A stretch of 64,000 nt of DNA from Dehalococcoidia bacterium. GTDB taxonomy: Bacteria; Chloroflexota; Dehalococcoidia; UBA2979. The translations under genes and the position numbers were made by a program. The DNA lies in contig OZ253555.1 of the NCBI GenBank assembly GCA_965262725.1, forward strand, positions 3,232,001-3,296,000, read 5' to 3'. Below, piece by piece: positions 48,538 through 58,036 of the stretch (position 1 is its first letter; every line of letters begins with the position of its first letter). The notes beneath the pieces are model-generated. The model saw nothing but the letters and a program-made list of their open reading frames with translations. It did no database searches and was not told the DNA's origin.

Positions 48538-49886
48538 CGGTCCTCGGCGGCGGGCTCGCCGGCCTCTCGGCGTCCCGCACCCTGATGGATCGCGGGCACC
48601 ACGTCACGCTCGTCGAGAAGCGCCGCTTCCTTGGCGGACGGGCCTTTTCGTTCTACGACGAGCAGGCCGGCTCGGAGGTCGACAACGGGCAGCATCTCTT
48701 CATGGGCTGCTGCGACTTCTACCTCGACTTCCTACGCTGGGCGGGCACGCGCGAGCAGGCGTACCTCCAGCCCAGCCTGCGGGTCGATGTCGTCCGCGAC
48801 GGCACGAGCGGGACGATCACGAGCACGCCCGGCCTCGGCCCGCTGCACGTTCTCCCGTCCTTCCTGCGCTACCCCCACCTGAGCGCCCGGGAGAAGCTGC
48901 TCGCGGCCTACGCGCTCCTGCGCATGAAGTACACCGACCGCGCCCGCCACCGGGAGCGGCTGGACGCGGAGAGCGCGTACGACTGGCTCAAGCGGCACCA
49001 CCAGAGCGAGCGGGCCATCGCCAACCTCTGGAACCTGATCATCCTGCCGACTCTGAACGACGACGCGCGAGAGGTCAGCGCGGAGATGGCCCTGATGGTC
49101 TTCCAGGCGGGGCTGCTCCGGACGCCGGCGGACGCCGCTCTCGGCTGGTCCCGGGTGGGCCTCACCGCGCTCGCCGGAACGCCGGCCCACGCTAGGCTCA
49201 GCTCCGGCGGGCACGACGTCCTCGTGGGCGAGACCGTGAGGTCCCTCCGCATCGACCGGGGTCGCGTCGCCGGCGTGGAGCTGGCCGGAGGACGGATCAT
49301 CGAGGCGGACGCGTACGTGAGCGCCCTGCCCTTCGACGTCCTGCTCGACGTTCTCCCGGCCGACGTGGCCTCCGATCCGTTCTTCTCCCGCGCACGCGGG
49401 CTGAGCTTCTCGCCGATAGTCGGCGTCCATCTCTGGTACGACAGGAAGGTCATGGACGGGGACTTCGTCGCCTTTCTCAACAGCCCCGTGCAGTTCGTCT
49501 TCAACAAGAGCGCGATGCAGAAGGCCCCCGCCCGGGACGGGCAGTACGTCTGCATCTCCCTAAGCGGCGCGTGGGAGTTCGCGGGCCTTCGCGCGGAGCG
49601 TCTGCGGGAGATCTTCTCCGGCGAGATGGAGCGGCTTTTCCCGAGGGCACGCGGAGCGCGGATCCGCCGCTACCGCGTCGTGAAGCAGGCGCAGGCGACC
49701 TTCCGTCCCCGGCCGGGGTCCGCCCGGTGCCGGCTCCCCCAGGCGACACCGATCCCCAATCTCTTTCTCGCGGGTGAATGGACTGACACCGGCTGGCCGT
49801 CGACGATGGAGGGGGCCGTGCGGAGCGGGGTGCTCGCCGCCGATCTCGCCGGTGGCGCTCTCCCAGCCGAACACCGCGCCAGCTGA
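48495..49886 (+). CDS. hpnE: Hydroxysqualene dehydroxylase HpnE
   Basis: GGGLAGL FAD motif, GGRA.S, VDNGQH, LAGEWT.TGWPSTMEGAVRSG. Confidence 0.9.
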   Translation: MDEDYAAAPRPRSVAVLGGGLAGLSASRTLMDRGHHVTLVEKRRFLGGRAFSFYDEQAGSEVDNGQHLFMGCCDFYLDFLRWAGTREQAYLQPSLRVDVVRDGTSGTITSTPGLGPLHVLPSFLRYPHLSAREKLLAAYALLRMKYTDRARHRERLDAESAYDWLKRHHQSERAIANLWNLIILPTLNDDAREVSAEMALMVFQAGLLRTPADAALGWSRVGLTALAGTPAHARLSSGGHDVLVGETVRSLRIDRGRVAGVELAGGRIIEADAYVSALPFDVLLDVLPADVASDPFFSRARGLSFSPIVGVHLWYDRKVMDGDFVAFLNSPVQFVFNKSAMQKAPARDGQYVCISLSGAWEFAGLRAERLREIFSGEMERLFPRARGARIRRYRVVKQAQATFRPRPGSARCRLPQATPIPNLFLAGEWTDTGWPSTMEGAVRSGVLAADLAGGALPAEHRAS

Positions 49887-50002
49887 CGTCGCCGCCACGC
49901 GGGCGGCGCCGCACAGCGGGGTCGGCGAGGGCTCGCCACGCTGGACGCGCATTTCCGGGCCATGCGACACTCTCCGTGGCGCGCACCGACTCCGAGGAGC
50001 TC

Positions 50003-50908
50003 ATGAAGGTCTATCTCGCCTCACCGCGTGGCTTCTGCGCAGGCGTTGACAGGGCGATCGAGATAGTCGAGATCGCGCTGAGGCGCTTCGGGGCACCCGT
50101 CTACGTCAAGCACCAGCTCGTGCACAGCCCGCACGTTGTCGGCGCCCTGGAGGCGAAGGGGGCGGTCACCGTCGAGGACGTTCGTGATATCCCGGAGGGG
50201 TCGAACGTCGTGTTCTCGGCGCACGGCTCGCCGCCGGATGACTTCGCGGTCGCCCGTGAGAGAAGGCTGAACGTCATCGACGCGACCTGCCCGCTCGTGA
50301 CCAAGGTGCACAACGAGGCGAAGAAGTACAGCCGCACGGGCCGCAACATCATCCTCGTCGGACACGACGGCCACCAGGAGGTGAAGGGGACGATGGGCCA
50401 GGCGCCGATGTTCTTCCTGGACGATCAGGACGGCGCCGGCCTGCCCGGATGGGACGAGGATTCCGAGGTTGCCGTGCTCACGCAAACGACGCTCTCGGTC
50501 GAGGACACGCGCCGCTCCGTCGAGGCGATCCGGGAGCGCTTCGCCAACACCATCGTCCGCGACGACATCTGCTACGCCACCACGAACCGCCAGGACGCCG
50601 TGAAGGCACTATGCGCCCGCGTGGACGCCGTCATCGTCGTCGGCTCGCAGCACAGCTCGAACTGCAACAGGCTGCGCGAGGTGGCCCAAGCCCATGGCAT
50701 CGCGGCGTACCTGATCGGGAGCCCCGAAGAGCTCGACCACGCCTGGCTGCGCGGTGTCGAGTCCGTAGGCGTCACCTCGGGAGCATCCACGCCCGATCAC
50801 CTCGTCCACGGGCTCATCGATGCGCTGGCGCCCGATGAGGTCGAGATCGTCCAGACCGCCGAGGAAGACGTGAGCTTCATCCTGCCGCGCGGGCTTCGCG
50901 AGACGTAG
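50003..50908 (+). CDS. ispH: 4-hydroxy-3-methylbut-2-enyl diphosphate reductase
   Basis: PRGFCAGV, SAHG, DATCPLV, QTTLS, ICYATTNRQ, SGASTP; RBS GAGGAG. Confidence 0.96.
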   Translation: MKVYLASPRGFCAGVDRAIEIVEIALRRFGAPVYVKHQLVHSPHVVGALEAKGAVTVEDVRDIPEGSNVVFSAHGSPPDDFAVARERRLNVIDATCPLVTKVHNEAKKYSRTGRNIILVGHDGHQEVKGTMGQAPMFFLDDQDGAGLPGWDEDSEVAVLTQTTLSVEDTRRSVEAIRERFANTIVRDDICYATTNRQDAVKALCARVDAVIVVGSQHSSNCNRLREVAQAHGIAAYLIGSPEELDHAWLRGVESVGVTSGASTPDHLVHGLIDALAPDEVEIVQTAEEDVSFILPRGLRET

Positions 50909-50977
50909 TCTGAGGGCACCGACCGCGCTCCCGCGGGATCGCCCCGGGACGTTCGCCGGTCGCGCGGGAGGAGACTC

Positions 50978-52429
50978 CTAGCTCGGGCCCGCCACCGGGA
51001 TGCTCAGCTCGTCGCGTGACCAGGGGCTGCCCGGAATGGACAGCATCTCGCGCAGTTCGCTCTCGAAGAAGAACTCGGATGCACCGAAGGCAGGCTCGAG
51101 CGCGTCGAGCCAGCTCGCGGTGTCGCTGTAACGCGCGAAGAAGGGGCGCCCGACCCAGTCGGGGTTGCGACCCTGCAGCATGCGCAGCGCGATCACGCGC
51201 TCGCCTGCGAACTCCGTGACGCCGAGCACCTGGACCTTCCCCGGCGTCGCCGACATGCTCGGCCCGCGAACCGTGCGCGAATTCCCCCCGACCGCGGCGT
51301 AGGCCTCGCGGAAGATCTCCCAGCACCGCACGAGCGGGAGCTCGAAGTAGCGCCGGGCGCCGGTGTCCCGCTCCACGAAGAGGTAGTACGGGATGCAGCC
51401 GAGCTGCGTCTGGAGCCGCCACATCTCGGCCAGCGTGCCCGCGTCGGCGTTGATGTGCCTGAGCAACGGCGTCTGCGTGCGGATCTGCGCCCCCGTCTCC
51501 CGGACCAGCCGGATCGCCTCCCGGACGATCGGCGTCTCCAGCTCGGTCGGGTGGCTGAAATGGGCCATGAGCGACAGCTGCCGACCGGAGTCGACGACCT
51601 CGCGGAAGAGTGCGAGCAGGTCCTCCGCGTCGTCGTCGGAGACGAAGCGGTGCGGCCAGTAGGCCAGGGCCTTCGAGCCGATTCGGATCGTCGTGATATT
51701 GGGAGCCGCACCGGGCTCAAGCAGCGGAGCAACGTAGCGGCGGAGCACCCGTGTCTTCATGATCAGCGGGTCGCCGCCCGTGAAGAGGATGTCCGACACG
51801 TCCGGGTGCACCTGCACGTAGTCACGCAGGAGGGAGGCCTCGCGCATCGCGAACTTCATCCCAGCGAGGCCGACGAACTGCGGCCAGCGAAAGCAGAACG
51901 TGCAGTAGGCGTGGCAGGTCTGGCCCTGGCTCGGGAAGAAGAGCACGGTCTCGCGGTACTTGTGCTGCATCCCGGGGAGCCGCTTCCCATCGAGGGACGG
52001 AGCGTTGTGGTCGAGCTGGCCGGCGGGGTGTGGATTGAGCGTCATGCGTATCTCGTTCGCCGCCGCCACGACCTCCTCGTGGGGGGCCTTCCGGTGCAAG
52101 AGGCCCTCGAGGCGAGCGTAGGCCTCCGGGGTGAGCATCTCGCGCTTGGGGAACGTGAGCCGGTACATGGGGTCGTCGGGGACCTTGCTCCAGTCGATCA
52201 GGTGATCCACGACGTAGCGATTCGACTTGAACGGGAGCACGTTGCCGACGACCTTGATTTCGTCGCGCAGCTCGGCGGGGAGGCTCGCGAGCTGCGGTAC
52301 CTCCTCGAAGTTGTGGATATTGATCGTCTCGTACGGCTCGTCCGCGTGTTGCTGGAGCGAGAGGGCTCCGCTCTCGCGGTGAGCGGTGTGATCCGAGTGT
52401 CGGGACGGACCGGCGTGGTGGATCGTCAT
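50978..52429 (-). CDS. KamA-family radical SAM/PLP amino-acid 2,3-aminomutase
   Basis: GMQHKYRETVL, CHAYCTFCFR (CxxxCxxC), LFTGGDPL, IRIGSK, HFSHP.EL, PYYLF, PGKV (candidate PLP lysine). Confidence 0.9.
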   Translation of the reverse strand: MTIHHAGPSRHSDHTAHRESGALSLQQHADEPYETINIHNFEEVPQLASLPAELRDEIKVVGNVLPFKSNRYVVDHLIDWSKVPDDPMYRLTFPKREMLTPEAYARLEGLLHRKAPHEEVVAAANEIRMTLNPHPAGQLDHNAPSLDGKRLPGMQHKYRETVLFFPSQGQTCHAYCTFCFRWPQFVGLAGMKFAMREASLLRDYVQVHPDVSDILFTGGDPLIMKTRVLRRYVAPLLEPGAAPNITTIRIGSKALAYWPHRFVSDDDAEDLLALFREVVDSGRQLSLMAHFSHPTELETPIVREAIRLVRETGAQIRTQTPLLRHINADAGTLAEMWRLQTQLGCIPYYLFVERDTGARRYFELPLVRCWEIFREAYAAVGGNSRTVRGPSMSATPGKVQVLGVTEFAGERVIALRMLQGRNPDWVGRPFFARYSDTASWLDALEPAFGASEFFFESELREMLSIPGSPWSRDELSIPVAGPS

Positions 52430-52499
52430 AGAACCCCCTGGTGCAAACGTCGCACATCCGACCTTGCACCCAGGCGGGCAAGAAGAGACATCGTCCCAA

Positions 52500-52626
52500 G
52501 TGCGCCTACGGGGTTAGCTGACGGGTTCGGCGCTTAGGTCGCCTACCGGCACCGCTCGCGGCTCCGGATTCACCCCAACTTCCTGGGTCCCCCGCCCCCG
52601 TCCCGGCGAGACGAGGTTCGGCACGT
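52500..52626 (-). promoter_or_regulatory. c-di-AMP riboswitch (ydaO/yuaA class)
   Basis: Minus strand: GCCGAACC...GGGGGACCCA...TTGGGGTGAATCC...GGTAGG...GAACCCGTCAGCTAACCCCGTAGGC, the ydaO consensus blocks in order; about 70 nt upstream of the aminomutase ATG. Confidence 0.88.
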
Positions 52627-52647
52627 CGCACCGTGCGGCGCCTTCAC

Positions 52648-52677
52648 ATTGGAGCAGTCCGCGGGCTCCGCCGTCAA
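52648..52677 (-). promoter_or_regulatory. Possible promoter for the riboswitch-aminomutase transcript
   Basis: Minus strand TTGACG-N18-TCCAAT with TG just upstream of the -10. Confidence 0.35.
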
Positions 52678-52746
52678 GGCGACTCGCGCCGCTTGGATAC
52701 GGCACGGGCGGTGCGGGCGCGCGACCGGGGCCCCACCGAGCGGCCG

Positions 52747-53514
52747 CTAGCGATCCGCGCCCGCCCGACCCAGGAAAACGTCGCGCAGGATGTCGCTCTC
52801 CTCAACAGAGCGGGGCGTGCCCTCGTAGGCGAGGCGCCCCCGATTGAGCACGTAGGCGCGGTCGACGATCTCGAGGACGCCCTTGATGTTGTGCTCGACG
52901 ATCAGGATCGTCGTCTGGAGCCGTTCGCTGATCTCGGCGACCGTCCGGAACACCTCCTTGACCACGATCGGCGCGAGACCGAGCGTGGGTTCGTCGAGCA
53001 GCAACACCTCCGGCCCGGCCATCAGCCCCCTCCCCAGGGCAAGCATCTGCTGCTGGCCGCCGGACATCTCGCTGGCCGAGTCCCTTCGCCTCTGCCGCAG
53101 GATGGGGAAGAGCGCCATCACCGACTCCATCCGGCGCTCCTTCTCCTCGGGATCGTGCACGTGCAGGCACCCCATCTCCAGGTTCTCTTCGATGGAGAGG
53201 TGCCCGAACACACGACGACCTTGAGGGACGTAGGCGATTCCCCGTCTCACGATCTCGTGGGTGGGGCCGAGGAGGCGATCCTCGCGCCAGTAGATCGCTC
53301 CCGAGACCACCGGCGCGAGCCCCATGATCGCCCTGAGCACGGTGGACTTCCCGGCCCCGTTGGGACCCAGCACGGCCACGACCTCGCCCTTCCGGACTCC
53401 CAGGGAGACGTCGTCGAGCGCGACGACCGACCGGTAGCGCACGGAGGTGCCGACCAGCTCCAGGAGCATCGACCCCGCCGCCTGGCCCCCGCCACGACTC
53501 CGCCGCACAGCCAT
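52747..53514 (-). CDS. Branched-chain amino acid-type ABC ATPase (LivF-like)
   Basis: GPNGAGKS, YVPQGRRVF, MSGGQQQM, LLLDEP. Confidence 0.93.
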   Translation of the reverse strand: MAVRRSRGGGQAAGSMLLELVGTSVRYRSVVALDDVSLGVRKGEVVAVLGPNGAGKSTVLRAIMGLAPVVSGAIYWREDRLLGPTHEIVRRGIAYVPQGRRVFGHLSIEENLEMGCLHVHDPEEKERRMESVMALFPILRQRRRDSASEMSGGQQQMLALGRGLMAGPEVLLLDEPTLGLAPIVVKEVFRTVAEISERLQTTILIVEHNIKGVLEIVDRAYVLNRGRLAYEGTPRSVEESDILRDVFLGRAGADR

Positions 53515-53539
53515 CGCGATCGCCTGCTCCCGCCGCCCG

Positions 53540-54292
53540 CTACAGCCCCAGGTAGGCGTCGATCACCTCGGGACGACTCAGGACCTCGCCCACCTCCCCC
53601 GCGGCGAGGAGCTCGCCGCTATGGAGCACGATCAGGTGATCGGTCAGCTCGCGCACGATATCCATGTTGTGCGAGACGAAGACGACCGTCCGCCCGTCAT
53701 CCCGCATCTCCCTGAGTATTCCCTTAACCCTCTCCAGCATCTCGGGAAAGAGCCCGGCGAACGGTTCGTCGAAGAGGTAGGTGTCCACCTCCATGGCGAG
53801 GGCGCGGCCGATCTCGAGGAGCTTCCTCTGCCCGTACGAGAGATCCATCGCCAGCGCACGGCGCTTCTCCCACATCCCGACCCGCTCGAGGATCTCGCGC
53901 GCCCTCTCCCGCCGGGCGCCCCGTCGCCGCTCGACGAGCGCCCACAGGAGGCGCCGCTCCGCCAGGACCACCAGGATGTTGTCCAAGACGCTGATCTGGT
54001 CGAAGAGCCGGATCTCCTGGAACGTGCGGGTGATGCCGTGGGATGGATTGTCGTACGCCTTCACGACCGTGAGGCCGACGCCGCCGATGACGACGATCCC
54101 TCCGTCCAGGCTCAGCGTGCCGCTCAGGAGGTTGATGAGCGTCGATTTCCCGGAGCCGTTGGGCCCGACGATGCTCGTCATGCCTCTCCGCGGAATGGAG
54201 AGGCTGAGCTCGTCGATCGCCTTGACTGCGCCGAAGCGCTTCGAGATCCCGATCGTCTCCAGCGCGGCCGCCGGACCCCCGGTGGCGCTCAC
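53540..54292 (-). CDS. Branched-chain amino acid-type ABC ATPase (LivG-like)
   Basis: GPNGSGKS, RTFQ, LSYGQRK, FDEP.AG, VIDAYLG. Confidence 0.93.
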   Translation of the reverse strand: MSATGGPAAALETIGISKRFGAVKAIDELSLSIPRRGMTSIVGPNGSGKSTLINLLSGTLSLDGGIVVIGGVGLTVVKAYDNPSHGITRTFQEIRLFDQISVLDNILVVLAERRLLWALVERRRGARRERAREILERVGMWEKRRALAMDLSYGQRKLLEIGRALAMEVDTYLFDEPFAGLFPEMLERVKGILREMRDDGRTVVFVSHNMDIVRELTDHLIVLHSGELLAAGEVGEVLSRPEVIDAYLGL

Positions 54293-55344
54293 AGCCTGTA
54301 CTTCCCGACCAGGCCCTGCGGCCGGAACAGCATCAACAGCACCAAGAGCACGCCCAGCACGGCCTGCCGGGCCTGGCCGATGGACTCGTTCGGAAGGAAC
54401 GGGACGAAGCGCATCCCCTCCTCGAGCAGGACGAAGGTCATCACCCCGAGCAGGGAGCCCCAGATCGTGGCCAGCCCGCCGAGGATGACGACGGAGACGA
54501 GAAGGATCGATTCCAGCAGCACGAAGGAGTACGGATCGACAAACCGCGCCCAGCTGCTGAACAGCCCGCCCGCGACCCCGGCCATCATCGCCGAGATCAC
54601 CCAGATCACGAACTTGTAGCGCGACACCCGATACCCGAAGACCTCGGTCGCGCGCTCATCCTCGCGTATCGCCAGCAGCACGCGGCCGAACGAGGAGGTT
54701 ACGACAAGCCACGACACGAGGGCGACGAGAGCAAGACAGAGAAGGGCGAATGCGAGGAACTCGGCGTCCGAGTCGAGCACCAACCCGCCCACCTCGGGCC
54801 TCGCGATGTCGTGGATGCCGAAGGCGCCCCTGGTCAGCTCAGTCCAGTTCAGGAAGACGTTGTAGCTGATCGTGGCGAAACCGAAGGTGACGAGCACGAA
54901 GATGTCGTCCCGGAAGCGGTTGAGCACGAGCCCGACCACGACCGCCGCGAGGCCTGCTGCGGCCGCACTGACGGGAAGCGCGGCGAAGAACGGCCACCCG
55001 AAGGTCGGGATGGCCTCCGTCCGGAGCTCCTCGTACGAGGTGCCGGAGGTGAGGATGGCCATCGCGTAGGCGCCGATGCCGAAGAATCCTACGTGCGCGA
55101 TCGAGAGCAGGCCCGTAAAGCCGACGACGAGATTAAGGCTGACCGCCAGGATCGCCCAGATCGCGAAGACGGTGCCCAAGGTCACGGCGAAGCCGGGGCC
55201 CTGCCACAGCAGGAACGCCGCCGCCCACGTGAGTATCACGAGGTTCGCCCACAGCTCGACGTTCCGCCCCTTCGCTGCGAGGAGCGCGGTCGGAACGCGC
55301 GTGGCCCCGACGATGCGCCGGAGGGGGTTCGTGCTCACGGCCAT
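54289..55344 (-). CDS. ABC permease (LivM-like)
   Basis: SLNLVVGFTGLLSIAH.GF, FGRVLLAIREDE, ILGGL, RPQGL. Confidence 0.92.
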   Translation of the reverse strand: MAVSTNPLRRIVGATRVPTALLAAKGRNVELWANLVILTWAAAFLLWQGPGFAVTLGTVFAIWAILAVSLNLVVGFTGLLSIAHVGFFGIGAYAMAILTSGTSYEELRTEAIPTFGWPFFAALPVSAAAAGLAAVVVGLVLNRFRDDIFVLVTFGFATISYNVFLNWTELTRGAFGIHDIARPEVGGLVLDSDAEFLAFALLCLALVALVSWLVVTSSFGRVLLAIREDERATEVFGYRVSRYKFVIWVISAMMAGVAGGLFSSWARFVDPYSFVLLESILLVSVVILGGLATIWGSLLGVMTFVLLEEGMRFVPFLPNESIGQARQAVLGVLLVLLMLFRPQGLVGKYRL

Positions 55345-55348
55345 CCCC

Positions 55349-56713
55349 CTAGCGCCTCGGCAGGAGGCCCGTGGGCCAGAACGAGAGGAAGAGAATCAGG
55401 ACGGCGAACGAGATCAGGTCCCTCCACTCGCCGGCGAGGTCCCAGATGCCGAACTGCTCGACCAAGCCCAGGGCGAACCCGCCGACCATCGCGCCGTAGA
55501 GATTCCCGATGCCGCCGACCACGGAGGCGATCCACCCCTTTATCAGCAGCAGGAGCCCCATCCGGGGCTGCACGGCGGTGTCGTGGCCGCTCAGCACGCC
55601 AGCCAGGGCGGCGAAGACCGCGCCGATGAAAAAGACGGTCGCGATCACGACCGTCGTGTTGATCCCGACGACCTTCGCCACCTCCTCGTCGTCGCCGACG
55701 GCGCGCACGGCCCTCCCGAAGGAGGTCGCGCTGAGGAGGAAGCGCAGGACGACGAGCCCGGCGATCGCCACCCCGATGGTGAAGAGGTTGAAGCCCTTGA
55801 TGCTCGCGCCGCCGATCACCTGCGGATCGCTGCCGAAGGCCTCCGGGAGCGGACGCGGCGCGCTCTGGAAGACCAGGGTGATGGCGGCGGTCGCGGCCAG
55901 CAGGACCCCCAGGGAGGCGACGAGCATGACGAGTGGCGAGTGGGCCCGCTCCCGCATGTAGATGTAGAGGCCCCGGTAGAGGGCGAGCCCGACCATTCCC
56001 GCCATCAAGCAGGAGACGGCCCAGCTCAGGTAGAGGCGCGAGCCCTCCTCGCCGGCGATCAGGAGCGCACAGTAGAGCCCCGCGATCCCCGATGCGGGCG
56101 CTGCCGCGGCGGCGAACGGCGCGAGGCCCCCGCGGGGGCGAAGGGAGCGGTAGGTCCGGTGGAGCGCCCAGGACGAGAGGAGCGCCACGGCCCCGCCCAC
56201 TGCCGGACTGAGCAGGACGTTGATCTCGCCGGGGAAGGCGAGGACGACGAGCGTGTAGAGGCCCGCGGCGGCGGAGACCACGCCCCCGGCGACGAGCAGC
56301 GTCGTCCGGCCGAACCGGCCCCGGAGCCGCCCGTAGAGCCAGGCGTGCAGTGTCCACGCCACCACCCCCGCGGTCACCGCGCCGAAGGCCACGTTGACGA
56401 ACGGGTTGTTCACCTCGTACTGCCCGCCGAGCGCCTCCTGGGACCTCAGGTAGAAGACCCCGTAGGCACCCATCGCCGCGGCCGCCCCGTAGGAGAGATC
56501 GAAGAACCACACGGTGCTGTAGACGACGGTGAATCCCATTGCGAGCAGCGCATAGACGGCGCCGACCGAGAGGCCGTTGAAGGTGAACTGCAGGGCCTGG
56601 TCCGGGGACTGGAGCACCTTCCACGAGACGTATCCGACCACCAGCGCCGCCAGCGCGATCGCCAGCGTCCGCTGATGGTCGCGGCGGCGGACGAACTGGT
56701 CCGGCAGCGGCAT
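55349..56713 (-). CDS. ABC permease (LivH-like) with an internal membrane insertion
   Basis: NGLSVGAVYALLAMGFTVVY, FGRAVRAV.DD, SVVGGIG, PTGL; 454 aa. Confidence 0.9.
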   Translation of the reverse strand: MPLPDQFVRRRDHQRTLAIALAALVVGYVSWKVLQSPDQALQFTFNGLSVGAVYALLAMGFTVVYSTVWFFDLSYGAAAAMGAYGVFYLRSQEALGGQYEVNNPFVNVAFGAVTAGVVAWTLHAWLYGRLRGRFGRTTLLVAGGVVSAAAGLYTLVVLAFPGEINVLLSPAVGGAVALLSSWALHRTYRSLRPRGGLAPFAAAAAPASGIAGLYCALLIAGEEGSRLYLSWAVSCLMAGMVGLALYRGLYIYMRERAHSPLVMLVASLGVLLAATAAITLVFQSAPRPLPEAFGSDPQVIGGASIKGFNLFTIGVAIAGLVVLRFLLSATSFGRAVRAVGDDEEVAKVVGINTTVVIATVFFIGAVFAALAGVLSGHDTAVQPRMGLLLLIKGWIASVVGGIGNLYGAMVGGFALGLVEQFGIWDLAGEWRDLISFAVLILFLSFWPTGLLPRR

Positions 56714-56848
56714 TCCTCACCCGCCCCGCACACAACGGCGCCCGCCGCCTCCGGCGGCCACGCCGACCCCGCGTCCCGATGCGACCCCGGGGTCGTCCCC
56801 ACCGTGCCGTCCCGGCGCTGGAGGCGTCCAGCGCCGCTCGAAGCGAAC

Positions 56849-58036
56849 TCAGTTCGTCGGGGCAGGACCCAGGACTTTGTAGCCGAAGTTCTCGTCGGTC
56901 CGCTCGGCGGTCGGGAGCACCTCCGCGACGATGTTCGTCAGCCCCACCACCTCGCCGTCCTCGTCGAAACTGTAACCCTGACCAATCGCGCCGCTCCACG
57001 TGATCTCGTAGAGGCAGTCCCGGAACCCGGCCGCGTCCTGGTCGTCGTTGGTCCTGCGGAGACACTCGGCGGTGATGTAGACGTCATCGTAGGCGGAGCC
57101 GACGTACCAGGGGAGCGTCACGTAGCCGTAGCGGTCCAGGAACCTTGTGAGCACCTCGGTGCCCCTCTCGTTAGCGGGATCGATGTCCGGCGTGATGACC
57201 TTCATACCCGTCGCTGCGTCGCCGGCGATCTGGAGCGCCGTCGTCCCGGCGGCGACCACCTCGCCGTAGATCGGTCCGCGGTAGCCGATCTCCCGCAGCT
57301 GCTTGACGATCGTCCCCCCCGCGAACTCGGACTGCGCGGCGACGTGGAGGGCGTCGGGGCCCGCCTCGACCAGCTTGGTCAGCTGAGTCCGGAAGTCGGT
57401 CGTGTCGGAGACGTATCGTTCAGCTCCGACCACCTCCCCGCCGAGCGTCTCGAACCGGGCGACGGTCGTTCGCCTCACGCCCTCGGCGTAGTCCGTCGCC
57501 TCCGTGATGGTCGCCAGGCGGCGGACCCCGTCGGCCCACATCACGTTGCCGGTGTCGATCCCCACCTGGGTGTCGCTGATCGCGGTCCGGAAGATGAAGT
57601 CCCCGGCACCCGCGATGTCCGGGTTCGTAGCCAGCCCGGAGAAGAGGACGACGCCGTCCTCCTCGGCGAGCGGCGCTGCGCCGAGCATCGCGCCGCTGCA
57701 CGACGTCCCGAGGATGATCTTCACGTCGTCGACGTCCGTCAGCTTGTGATAGGCCGTGATGGCGTCCTGTGCGTTGCACTTCTCGTCCTCGACGACGAGC
57801 TCCAGCGGACGCCCGTTGATGCCGCCCGCGGCGTTGATCTCGTCGACGGCCATCTGCTTCGCCTGCACCGACACCGTGCCGTACGTCTCCCCGGGACCGG
57901 TGACCGATTCCATCACGCCGACCCGGAACGGCTCCTCCCCGTCGCCCTCCTGATCGCTACCGCAGGCGATCGTCCCGCCAATCAGGAGCAGCGCACAGAC
58001 CAGCCACACCAGAGAGCGCCTCGTCAGGGTCCACAT
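56849..58036 (-). CDS. ABC substrate-binding lipoprotein (LivJ/LivK-like)
   Basis: TIAC lipobox, AVDEINAAGGINGRPLELVVED, FIFRT, DFRTQLTK; RBS GGAAGGAG. Confidence 0.92.
   Translation of the reverse strand: MWTLTRRSLVWLVCALLLIGGTIACGSDQEGDGEEPFRVGVMESVTGPGETYGTVSVQAKQMAVDEINAAGGINGRPLELVVEDEKCNAQDAITAYHKLTDVDDVKIILGTSCSGAMLGAAPLAEEDGVVLFSGLATNPDIAGAGDFIFRTAISDTQVGIDTGNVMWADGVRRLATITEATDYAEGVRRTTVARFETLGGEVVGAERYVSDTTDFRTQLTKLVEAGPDALHVAAQSEFAGGTIVKQLREIGYRGPIYGEVVAAGTTALQIAGDAATGMKVITPDIDPANERGTEVLTRFLDRYGYVTLPWYVGSAYDDVYITAECLRRTNDDQDAAGFRDCLYEITWSGAIGQGYSFDEDGEVVGLTNIVAEVLPTAERTDENFGYKVLGPAPTN

Noticed and set aside
46754-49886. Alternative call as carotenoid crtB/crtI genes
   Set aside because: Two tandem synthase paralogues, the HYENF motif, and the DNGQH and TMEGAVRSG motifs fit hpnCDE better.
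50978-52429. Call as epmB or ablA
   Set aside because: No efp/epmA or ablB in the neighbourhood, and the substrate cannot be read from motifs, so no gene symbol was given.
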